From Leucobacter denitrificans (GTDB taxonomy: Bacteria; Actinomycetota; Actinomycetes; Actinomycetales; Microbacteriaceae): DNA of 64,000 nucleotides. The notes under the pieces are model-generated. The model did not search any database and was not told the DNA's origin. It saw only the letters and a list, made by a program, of their open reading frames with translations. The translations under genes were made by a program, and so were the position numbers. The stretch is taken from assembly GCA_040393365.1 (NCBI GenBank), contig JBEBUJ010000001.1, positions 33,616-97,615 of the forward strand, written 5' to 3'. Below are positions 53,501 through 61,013 of this stretch, one piece after another. Positions within the stretch are counted from its first letter, which is position 1; each line of letters starts with the position of its first letter.

Positions 53501-54321
53501 GTGTCGTTCAGATGGTGCTGCAGCACGCTCACGAACGCCCGAATGAGTCACTCATGGTTATTACCGCGAGCGAGAAGCATGCCGTGCGCGTGTATCAGTC
53601 CGTGCTTCAAGCGTTTTCGAAGTTCCCGCAGTATCGCGAGTTCTTGCTCGGCGAGCGAGCAGAGCCGTTCGCCGTGCTCACGCTCGAGCAGGCGACCGCG
53701 CAGAGTCGTGACCGTGTGATCTTCTCGATCGGGTACGGTCGCACCCCACACGGCAGGGTGCTGTCGAACTTTGGTGCACTGGGGAGGCCGGGGGGCGAAC
53801 ACCTGCTGGCCGTCGCCATGACCCGTGCGCGTCGCGCGATGACCATTGTGAGCTGCTTCAGGCCGGAAGACCTCGACACTGCGCGCTTGCGTTACGGTGT
53901 GGTCGAGCTTGCTGAACTGCTCGCGTTTGAACACCCTGAGCCCGAGCCAGAATCGTTGCCTTCAGAGCCCGATCCACTCGTGAGTGAGTTTGCCGAGCGC
54001 CTCGAACGACGTGGAATGAAGGTTGAGCTCGACTATCACGGGGTCATTCCGATTGCTGCCTCGTATGAGGAGCGCGCGATTGCAATCGATATCGATCTTG
54101 GAACCGCGAGCGAAGAGGGCTCAAGCCTGCGTGATGCGCTGAGGCTGAGGCCGTCGGTGCTCAGGCGGCTGGGGTGGCATTATCACCGGGTGCAGAGCTT
54201 CGATCTGTTTGCCGATCCCGAGGGTGTCGCAGAGCGGATCGCGCGTGTGCTCGGGGTGACCGACACTGTCGTAGCCGACACAGGCGCAGCTGACGCGGGC
54301 GCCGCTGAATCGTCTCAGTAG
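50509..54321 (+). CDS. Large DUF4011/SF1-helicase-like protein with a C-terminal Vsr/REase-like domain and degenerate motifs
   Basis: RNPLLYF, APVLLRP, DSDPEQ, LPGTGGTQT, LAMSP, LTRSYR, LAVAMTRAR, LRRLGWHYHRV. Confidence 0.78.
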   Translation: MWSVDRRRRSEPREDAVETPEAAQAARPVGERAPEPSLAANLSVDHLASEIGGPVSVVEAFTAEHEAWRKEIAGIGGRNPLLYFDDHPANRIELSTTHPGGLPQFISGNKILLSALIRDDLALRHARAAAARVTDKANEMRAVRGIETVNLAVGLAKWGFEGDEFSAPVLLRPLAIRRYGRDFELKLKKYPVVNSELIRALREQLGITIDARSLIELSQSEGVFKPQPVIDRLRQMVAGVPDFVVQPRLVVSSFHNVSQRMLSDAVRLDTPLLNAVCGSEPARRALTESYRPVSPVSPDRTAPETDRCLYDSDPEQDDVLAQIDAGHSLVVHQLPGTGGTQTVVNAIGNLVRAGKRVLVVSPRRSTIDGITHRLTRAGLPGLAVTPRHLRRNLVEGISRNENASAEHMRDVDEALVRLRSVLLDYRDALAQTDERFGVTPLEALRQLTHLSLGENPPSTTVRLDDQSLGQLTIDRSSVADDLTEAARLGQFQYGPEDSPWYGVDFATTEEARAAYQVAVDLAESQLPRLISLANEVVEQTSMRPYETISELGVFLRLLMGVRDTLDRFTPEVYDRSLAEVIAAHAPRGGEDMSPANRRRLRKLAREYVRPGVSITDMYARLVQIQQQRVLWQRYTTIVGARPEVPLGIADVVVAFQAAYQDLDKLDGVLGTTHDADRLKNLALQDLASRISELAKESEVLQNIQERTTIVERLRSARLGPLLDDLSARHIPADQVAAELELAWWQSVLERMLKTNPALLSANTGVIERLEADFRLVDDAHAGANGSLLASKLADAWRIAVLDNKQEALALRGSLRSGYVTIAALAQDAPTLFGALAPVLAMSPYEVPQISESMRFDTVILVDAGATTLAENLGAIRRAEQVVAFGDGITQTPSPFEISVRAPEDGEAEVEAETDKRSAFAALGEVLPMLKLTRSYRAGGEDLTNLVNTRFYDGEIQSLPWAGSFLGHSSLTYEFVSTGQGLPDQQTGAVESTDAEVDRVVQMVLQHAHERPNESLMVITASEKHAVRVYQSVLQAFSKFPQYREFLLGERAEPFAVLTLEQATAQSRDRVIFSIGYGRTPHGRVLSNFGALGRPGGEHLLAVAMTRARRAMTIVSCFRPEDLDTARLRYGVVELAELLAFEHPEPEPESLPSEPDPLVSEFAERLERRGMKVELDYHGVIPIAASYEERAIAIDIDLGTASEEGSSLRDALRLRPSVLRRLGWHYHRVQSFDLFADPEGVAERIARVLGVTDTVVADTGAADAGAAESSQ

Positions 54322-54328
54322 TGTTCGG

Positions 54329-54547
54329 GTGAGTACAGAGCGAACACCCGGAAAGCCGCGGCGCGCTAAGCGCCCGGCGGCAGAGGGCGTGGATGAACGA
54401 CCGTCAGAGCACCCGCTCACTTCGCGCGCGGGCGAAGACCGGCCCGAAGGGTGGGGTGACGCGCCGGCACAGCGCTCGAAAAAGCGCGGCGCAACGGGTG
54501 AGAACGACGATCGGTTGAAGCAGGACCGGCCACCGCACTGGGGTTAG
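54329..54547 (+). CDS. Small conserved hypothetical protein
   Basis: C-terminal NDDRLKQDRPPHWG motif common in actinobacteria. Confidence 0.75.
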   Translation: MSTERTPGKPRRAKRPAAEGVDERPSEHPLTSRAGEDRPEGWGDAPAQRSKKRGATGENDDRLKQDRPPHWG

Positions 54548-54574
54548 CGCGCCCTCTGGGCTCGCCGAGCTTCG

Positions 54575-54871
54575 TCAGGCGAGGCTGAGAAAGAGCTTCT
54601 CAAGTTCGTCTTGATCGGTGGTCCCTTCGGCATCGGGGTTGCTCAAGCACTCCTGGAGCGCACTTGAGATGACGAGGAATCCCGCGCGATCGAGTGCTTT
54701 CGAAACGGCGGCGAGCTGCTGCACCACGTCCCTGCAGTGCGCGTCACCGTCGACTGCGGTGATGACCGCGGCGAGCTGACCGTGTGCACGGCGCAAACGG
54801 TTCAGTACTTTCCGCTTCGCCTCCGGATCGTGCGTTACTGCCGGAATCTCGCCCAGCGCTGACTCTGTCAT
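54575..54871 (-). CDS. CsoR/RcnR-family repressor (CstR-like)
   Basis: LNRLRRAHGQL..CRDVVQQLAAV..LQEC..LEKLFLSLA. Confidence 0.9.
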   Translation of the reverse strand: MTESALGEIPAVTHDPEAKRKVLNRLRRAHGQLAAVITAVDGDAHCRDVVQQLAAVSKALDRAGFLVISSALQECLSNPDAEGTTDQDELEKLFLSLA

Positions 54872-54916
54872 TCCCTGCCCACTTCCTGAAATTGACTTTT
54901 GAACTTGACACACATG

Positions 54917-54968
54917 ATACCCCTATGGGTATATTGAGAACGACTGAGTGAATACCCCAGGGGGTATT
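54917..54968. promoter_or_regulatory. Two CsoR-family operators
   Basis: ATACCC-CTAT-GGGTAT (54917-54932) and AATACCCC-AG-GGGGTATT (54951-54968); TTGACA at 54905. Confidence 0.85.
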
Positions 54969-54992
54969 TTGCGTTTTGATGAAGGAGACAAT

Positions 54993-55178
54993 ATGTGTCG
55001 ACCAGTATCCTGCCCCACCTGCGGCAAGACCACCTGGGCAGGCTGTGGGCAGCACGTCGCCGCGGTGAAAGCGACAGTGCCAGCGGCGCAGTGGTGCGGT
55101 GGCAAGCATACGCAGGCGCAGATCGACGCAGCGAAGGCCGAGCGGGGTGGATTCTTCTCGCGACTCTTCGGGCGTTAG
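54993..55178 (+). CDS. Small Cys-rich protein
   Basis: AAGGAG RBS; MCRPVSCPTCGKTTWAGCGQH..WC. Confidence 0.8.
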   Translation: MCRPVSCPTCGKTTWAGCGQHVAAVKATVPAAQWCGGKHTQAQIDAAKAERGGFFSRLFGR

Positions 55179-55450
55179 CTTGCGCTAGGAGCTGCCGCAG
55201 ATGACGAGGAGGATGACGTGGTCGTTGATGAGGAGTCGGCGGCCGCGGCTCCTGCCGATGAAGCGCCAGTGCTCGACTGTGAATCAGTGCGGTAGAAGCC
55301 GGACCCCTTGAAGCTCACGCCGAGCGATCCGAACACCTTGCGAAGTTGACCCTCGCACTCTGGGCACACAGTAAGGGCATGGTCAGAGAATGACTGATAG
55401 ATGTCAAAGCTGTGCCCACAATCGGCGCAGCGGTAAGCGTAGGTAGGCAC
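55175..55450 (-). CDS. FmdB family zinc-ribbon protein
   Basis: MPTYAYRCADC..CPEC..FKGSGFYRTD. Confidence 0.93.
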   Translation of the reverse strand: MPTYAYRCADCGHSFDIYQSFSDHALTVCPECEGQLRKVFGSLGVSFKGSGFYRTDSQSSTGASSAGAAAADSSSTTTSSSSSSAAAPSAS

Positions 55451-55461
55451 AATGCCCCAGT

Positions 55462-56076
55462 CTAGCCGAAGTTGTGAATGCGAACCTCGGTAACCACACC
55501 GTCGACCGGTGCGTCATGAGGTTCCCGGGGGAGTGACGTACGAACCTCATCCTCAAACACAACCGCATAGACCGGGGCGATACCTTGAGGATGCGCTTCA
55601 CGGAGCGCATCGATCGCCCGATCGAAATAGCCTCGCCCCCACCCGATCCGAGTGCCGCGCGTGTCAACCCCCGCGGCCGGAATGACGAGGAGGTCACACG
55701 ATCCGAGGGCCTCTGGGGGCAGCGCTTCACCGCTAGGCTCCGGGATCCCGAAGGCGCCCCTGTGTAACGGCTCGCCCCCGTGCAGCACCCATTCGAGCTT
55801 CCCGTCAGGTAGGGAGCGAGGAAGGAGTACCTCCACGCCGCTGTCGCGTGCCCAAGCGAGAAACCCAGAAGTGTCTGGTTCGTGCTCAGTGCTTGCGTAA
55901 CAGCTCACGCGGCGTGCTTGGTGCCTAGATGCGATCTCCATCAGGTGCTCGGTGAATCGATGATTGACGTCGGCGGACTCCGATCCGCGCAGTGCACGAG
56001 CCCGCCTGATCTCTGCGCGCACCCGCTGCTTCGCAGTATGTATCGTGTTGGCGCCTAGAGACGCATCATCGTTCAC
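55462..56076 (-). CDS. 5-formyltetrahydrofolate cyclo-ligase
   Basis: EPDT, FGIPEP, RIGWGRGYFDR, EPHDAPVD. Confidence 0.92.
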   Translation of the reverse strand: MNDDASLGANTIHTAKQRVRAEIRRARALRGSESADVNHRFTEHLMEIASRHQARRVSCYASTEHEPDTSGFLAWARDSGVEVLLPRSLPDGKLEWVLHGGEPLHRGAFGIPEPSGEALPPEALGSCDLLVIPAAGVDTRGTRIGWGRGYFDRAIDALREAHPQGIAPVYAVVFEDEVRTSLPREPHDAPVDGVVTEVRIHNFG

Positions 56077-56138
56077 GCCTTTACTGTACGGCCCCGCGTA
56101 CACAGAAGATGTGCACACCCCGCGGTAGGGTTAACTCC

Positions 56139-57044
56139 ATGAGTGATTCCACTTCGAGGGTTGTGAAGGCAGTTATTCCGGCAGCAGGACTCGGTACGCG
56201 CTTCTTACCCGCGACCAAGGCGATGCCGAAAGAAATGCTTCCCATCGTCGATAAGCCGGCCATTCAGTACGTTGTGGAAGAGGCGGCGAAGGCTGGCCTT
56301 GATGACGTGCTCATCATCACGGGTCGCAACAAAGACAATCTCGTCAACCATTTCGACGGTGTTCCAGAGCTCGAATACACGCTGCAGCGCAAGGGCGACG
56401 AGGGCAAGCTCGGCAAAGTGCACGAGTCGAGTGAGCTCGCAGAGGTGCACTTCTTGCGCCAGGGTCAGCCGCTCGGCCTCGGGCATGCGGTCGGGCGTGC
56501 GCGCCAGCATGTCGGCAACGAATCATTCGCCGTGCTCCTTGGTGACGACCTCATCGACGCGCGCGACACGCTGCTCGAACGCATGGTCGAGGTTCACGAC
56601 ACACGCGAGGCGACCGTTGTCGCTCTGATGGAGGTCCCACCGGAGTCGATCCACCTCTATGGGTGCGCGGCTGTCGAGCAGACCGGCAGCGAAGATGTCG
56701 TGCGTATCACTGCGCTCGTCGAAAAGCCGAGCCGCGAAGAGGCCCCATCGAACCTCGCAGTGATCGGCCGCTATGTCTTGCGCCCCGAAATCTTCGACAT
56801 CATTGACGACCTGGAGCCGGGCCGCGGTGGCGAGTACCAGCTCACAGATGCTCTGAACGTGCTCGCAGCCGGTCGGGGAGAAGCGCCGGTGTACGGCGTC
56901 ATCTTCAAGGGGCGTCGATACGATACGGGTGATCGCGCTGATTGGATCAAGGCCAACGTACTGCTTGGCGTGGACCACGATGAGCTCGGTGACGAGATAC
57001 GTGAGTGGATCATCGAGTTCGCCGATAAGCTGCGCGCGGGCTGA
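56139..57044 (+). CDS. galU: UTP--glucose-1-phosphate uridylyltransferase
   Basis: KAVIPAAGLGTRFLPATKAMPKEMLP, LVEKP. Confidence 0.97.
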   Translation: MSDSTSRVVKAVIPAAGLGTRFLPATKAMPKEMLPIVDKPAIQYVVEEAAKAGLDDVLIITGRNKDNLVNHFDGVPELEYTLQRKGDEGKLGKVHESSELAEVHFLRQGQPLGLGHAVGRARQHVGNESFAVLLGDDLIDARDTLLERMVEVHDTREATVVALMEVPPESIHLYGCAAVEQTGSEDVVRITALVEKPSREEAPSNLAVIGRYVLRPEIFDIIDDLEPGRGGEYQLTDALNVLAAGRGEAPVYGVIFKGRRYDTGDRADWIKANVLLGVDHDELGDEIREWIIEFADKLRAG

Positions 57045-57061
57045 CGAGACAGGCCACCCCC

Positions 57062-57667
57062 ATGACCGATGCACCTCATGGTGAGCTCCCGAGCTCGCTC
57101 GGCTCGGGGCGCGTTGGGATCCGCCTCATCCACAAGCGTGACGCGAAAGCGCTTGAGCAGTTGCTCGGCGACGACCGGGAGTGGCTGGGGCCGTGGGAGG
57201 CGACGCATCCGGGTGGGTTGAATCCAACCCCGGGAAGTGTCACGCTCAAACCTGTCATCAAGCGACTCCGCGGGCAGTTTCAAGAGGGGCGAGGGGTGCC
57301 CTTCGTCATGACCTATGACGGCGTGGTCGTAGGGCAGCTCAGCGCCTCAGACATTTCGCGCGGCGCGCTCTGGTCTGGAAGCATCGGGTACTGGATCTCG
57401 TCGGAGTACGCGGGCCGCGGAATCACTCCGGTTGCGGTCGCACTCGCGATCGATTACCTATTCTCCACCATCGGCTTGCACCGGGTCGAGATATGTATCC
57501 GCCCGGAGAACCGGGCCTCACTTCGGGTCGTTGAGAAGCTCGGGCTCAGGTATGAGGGCAGGCGTCAGAGCTACATTCACATCGATGGTGCATGGCGCGA
57601 TCACGAGAGTTTCGCGGTGACGCGTGAAGAGGTGCGCGGCAGCATGCTTGCTCGCCTCGACGACTGA
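57062..57667 (+). CDS. RimJ-like GNAT N-acetyltransferase
   Basis: WLGPWEAT, IGYWI, LHRVEICIRPEN, HIDGAWRDH. Confidence 0.9.
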   Translation: MTDAPHGELPSSLGSGRVGIRLIHKRDAKALEQLLGDDREWLGPWEATHPGGLNPTPGSVTLKPVIKRLRGQFQEGRGVPFVMTYDGVVVGQLSASDISRGALWSGSIGYWISSEYAGRGITPVAVALAIDYLFSTIGLHRVEICIRPENRASLRVVEKLGLRYEGRRQSYIHIDGAWRDHESFAVTREEVRGSMLARLDD

Positions 57668-57730
57668 AAGCCGCGCCTTATCGGCGCGCCGGAGGTGTGC
57701 GTGAGCGACCGAATCGTTACAGTTAGCCAC

Positions 57731-58756
57731 ATGGGTAGCGGAGGTCTCGGCGGCGGAGTGATGTTTCTTGCCATCGCTCTGCTCTGGGGCGCGGTGCTCG
57801 TGCCAGCATGGTTTCGTCGGCGTGAATTCAATGCCGCTGAGCGAAACGCGCTGCGGCTTCAGCGAACGTTACGCGTACTCGCCGAAACTGCTGAGCTGCC
57901 CGAAGAGATTCGAGTCGAAGCAACAGCACGCGAGGCCCTCGCGCACGAGCGCTTGCTTCGTACCGCTCAGAAGCGGCAGGAGGCCGAGCGGGATGCCGAG
58001 CTTGCGGCAGCCAAGGCTGAACAGGTGCGTGCAGAAATTCACGCGCAGCAATTGCGGAGAAAGCAGGTAGCCATGAACCGGGCAGCGAAGCTGCACAAGC
58101 CGATCGTACGGAGAATGCGTTCGCTCGCAGCACTGTTTGGTCTGTTCGGACTTGTCGGCGCGCTCCTCGGTGGCGGAATGATGATTGCAGGGGTCGGGCC
58201 CGCTGTGCTGCTGTGGTCGCTGCTTGCATTTACCGCAGGACTCGGAACCCTTGTACTCCTCGCTCCAGGCCGTGCGAAGCTTGCCCCAATCGCGGCGGAG
58301 CAAGAGGTGCTCGCTGAAGCTACGAGTCAGAGTGCACTGCCTGAGATCGAACCTGAAGCCCCGTCGAACGACTCGGCGACCGCCCACCAGACCGCCCAGC
58401 GAGCGGCTGCCGAGCGTATCTCGCGTGCTCGAGCGATGGCTCGCGCGCGCGAGATACGGGCTGCCGCACCGCGCGAGAATCAGACCGATTCGATGCTGTT
58501 GCGCGAAGTGCGCCGAGAAGCCGCGCGCGCACACCAGCAGGCTGCTGCATCGGCAAAGACTCAAGCCGCCGAAACTCGGCCAGCGGCAGCGGCATCAGGC
58601 GCAACTCAGACACCAGCCACCCCAGCCAAACCGGTCGCCCCCGCGGCATCCGCAGCGCGACCAAGCCGCCTGAGCGAACTCGGCGTTGTAGGGGACACGA
58701 GCGACGGCATGCCAGACCTCGATCAGGTGCTGCGTCGCCGACGCACCGCGGGTTAA
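57731..58756 (+). CDS. GlpR/SepX-like membrane protein
   Basis: N-terminal TM with LWGAVLVPAW, coiled region, position after galU-rimJ. Confidence 0.6.
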   Translation: MGSGGLGGGVMFLAIALLWGAVLVPAWFRRREFNAAERNALRLQRTLRVLAETAELPEEIRVEATAREALAHERLLRTAQKRQEAERDAELAAAKAEQVRAEIHAQQLRRKQVAMNRAAKLHKPIVRRMRSLAALFGLFGLVGALLGGGMMIAGVGPAVLLWSLLAFTAGLGTLVLLAPGRAKLAPIAAEQEVLAEATSQSALPEIEPEAPSNDSATAHQTAQRAAAERISRARAMARAREIRAAAPRENQTDSMLLREVRREAARAHQQAAASAKTQAAETRPAAAASGATQTPATPAKPVAPAASAARPSRLSELGVVGDTSDGMPDLDQVLRRRRTAG

Positions 58757-58772
58757 GCGGGACCGAGCGGCA

Positions 58773-60251
58773 CTAAGCGGCTGGCAAATCGACTCTGAAG
58801 GTCGCGCCACCGCCTGGCGTCTCGTGAACGCTCACGGCGCCCTTGTGGGCGTCGACGATCGATTTCACGATGGCGAGCCCAAGACCCGATCCACCGGTTT
58901 CGCGGTTGCGCGAATTGTCTGCGCGCCAGAAACGACCGAAGATCTTCTCGCGCAACTGCTCAGGTACCCCCTCGCCGTGATCCACGATCTCGAAACGGAC
59001 CATCTTCACCGGAGCATGCGCACCGGGAGCAGCCTCAGCGAGCGGGGGCGTCGACACCACGATCTCAATGGGGCTTCCGTCTGTGGTGTGCAGCAGCGCG
59101 TTCCCGATGAGGTTCGTCATGAGCTGCCGCACCTTGTGTTCGTCGCCGAGCACCTGCGGATCTGCGGGGTCGGCCACTACCGTGACCTCGCGCTCGGGCG
59201 CTCCCGCACGGGTATCGAGAGCCGCATCGTTTGCGAGCTGATTGAGCGAGAGCGGTGCAAGCTCGAGGGGGCGACGCTCATCGAGGCGGGCGAGCGCCAA
59301 GAGATCTTCGACGAGTGAGGTCATGCGGATCGCCTCTTTCTCAATGCGACCCATTGCTTGCCCGACCTGCTCTTCCTCCTGAAGCGCGCCCATGCGGTAG
59401 AGCTCGGCGTATCCGCGTACGGAGACAAGTGGTGTGCGCAACTCGTGACCGGCGTCGCCAACGAATCGACGCATCTGGGTGATGGTGCGCTCGCGATCCT
59501 CAATCGACCCATCGAGCCGATCGAGCATGACGTTGAGCGATTCGCCCAGGTGTCCGACCTCGGTGTGCGGGCTTGCCACCATGATGCGTTTGGAGAAATC
59601 ACCGCGTGAGATTTCGAGAGCCGTCTTCTCGACTTCAGCGAGCGGGAGCAGCGTGGTTGTGATGAGGATACGTGTGAGCGCCGCACCGAGCAGGATCACC
59701 GCAATTCCGAAACCGGTGAACACGATTACGTACTGCGCGACCATCTGATTGATGCGCGCCGTGGATTCGGCAATGAGGAGCACACCCTGGGGGACGTCGT
59801 TGATCAGAATTGGCATCGTCACCGATTGCCAGCGGGCGCCGTTCGGGCTGCGCAGTGCGACAAACGAGTTCTGGTTCTCACGCACCCATTCGAGTGTGAT
59901 GGTCGACGGGGGAATGCTAGGAAGCGTGGATGCGCTTCTGTCGCGCGCGTTATCGAACTTTACGTTGCCATTACTGTCGAGCATTGCGACGTAGTACTGA
60001 CTGTTCGCCGCAATGACATCGTCTTGCGTGAGCCTACTACCGTCGTCGAGACCAAGCACCCGCATAGGGTCGTTGCGCAGTTGGAGCAGCGCCGCATTCT
60101 GCTGGTTGATGAGCATCGGGCGTAGCACCGAGAACGTTCCGACGCCCGCGACAATGAGCCCGAGGAACAGGATGAACACCGTGACGATGGTGATCTTCGT
60201 ACGAAGTGATACGTCTGACCACCGGTCGCTGATGTCATTCTTTTGGGTCAC
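58773..60251 (-). CDS. HAMP sensor histidine kinase (PhoR/TcrY-like)
   Basis: Two TMs, HAMP, MRRFVGDAGHELRTPL, GGSGLGL. Confidence 0.93.
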   Translation of the reverse strand: MTQKNDISDRWSDVSLRTKITIVTVFILFLGLIVAGVGTFSVLRPMLINQQNAALLQLRNDPMRVLGLDDGSRLTQDDVIAANSQYYVAMLDSNGNVKFDNARDRSASTLPSIPPSTITLEWVRENQNSFVALRSPNGARWQSVTMPILINDVPQGVLLIAESTARINQMVAQYVIVFTGFGIAVILLGAALTRILITTTLLPLAEVEKTALEISRGDFSKRIMVASPHTEVGHLGESLNVMLDRLDGSIEDRERTITQMRRFVGDAGHELRTPLVSVRGYAELYRMGALQEEEQVGQAMGRIEKEAIRMTSLVEDLLALARLDERRPLELAPLSLNQLANDAALDTRAGAPEREVTVVADPADPQVLGDEHKVRQLMTNLIGNALLHTTDGSPIEIVVSTPPLAEAAPGAHAPVKMVRFEIVDHGEGVPEQLREKIFGRFWRADNSRNRETGGSGLGLAIVKSIVDAHKGAVSVHETPGGGATFRVDLPAA

Positions 60252-60952
60252 TGGCCTAGGTCAGCCTTGAGCATATAGCCGAACCCGCGCTTCGTTTGAA
60301 TGAGCGATTCTTCGGTGAGCGGGTCGAGCTTGCGCCGCAAGTATGAGATGTAAGACTCTACGATGCCCGCGTCGCCGTTGAAGTCGTATTCCCACACATG
60401 GTCAAGTATTTGCGACTTCGAGAGCACGCGGTTGGCGTTCTGCATGAGGTAGCGGAGGAGCTTGAACTCAGTCGGGGAGAGTTCGACCGAGGTTCCGGCA
60501 ACCGACACCTCATGAGTATCCTGGTCGAGCGCGATCGGGCCGACCTCAAGCATTGACTCCTCGTCCTCTTGAATGGTGCGACGCAGCACGGCATTGATGC
60601 GTGCGATGATCTCGTCAAGGCTGAAGGGTTTGGTGACGTAATCGTCGCCGCCAACGTTCAAGCCCTCGATTTTGTCCTCGGTATCGTCTTTCGCGGTGAG
60701 GAAGATGATCGGTGCCGTGTAGCCCGCTGAGCGAAGCCGCTTCGTGACGCTGAACCCGTTCATATCGGGGAGCATGACGTCGAGGATGATGAGATCAGGC
60801 TCCTCCTCGAGTACCGCAGAGATAGTTTGCGCACCGTTTGCCACAGCACGAACGCCGAAACCTGCGAAGCGCAGGCTCGTGGTGAGGAGCTCGCGAATGT
60901 TCGGCTCGTCATCGACGATGAGGATTCTTGGTCCTTTTCGCTGAGTATTCAT
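60248..60952 (-). CDS. OmpR-family response regulator (mycobacterial PhoP-like)
   Basis: VDDEPNI, GGDDYVTKPF, VWEYDFNGDAGIVESYISYLRRK. Confidence 0.93.
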   Translation of the reverse strand: MNTQRKGPRILIVDDEPNIRELLTTSLRFAGFGVRAVANGAQTISAVLEEEPDLIILDVMLPDMNGFSVTKRLRSAGYTAPIIFLTAKDDTEDKIEGLNVGGDDYVTKPFSLDEIIARINAVLRRTIQEDEESMLEVGPIALDQDTHEVSVAGTSVELSPTEFKLLRYLMQNANRVLSKSQILDHVWEYDFNGDAGIVESYISYLRRKLDPLTEESLIQTKRGFGYMLKADLGQ

Positions 60953-61013
60953 GCTCACAGTCTCTGATAATTTGCTATGAACTTGCTGGAAGTTTCTGGG
61001 TGCGTCTTGAGTA

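Noticed and set aside
55190-55280. Ser/Thr/Ala-rich low-complexity tract
   Set aside because: Ordinary disordered tail of FmdB-family proteins
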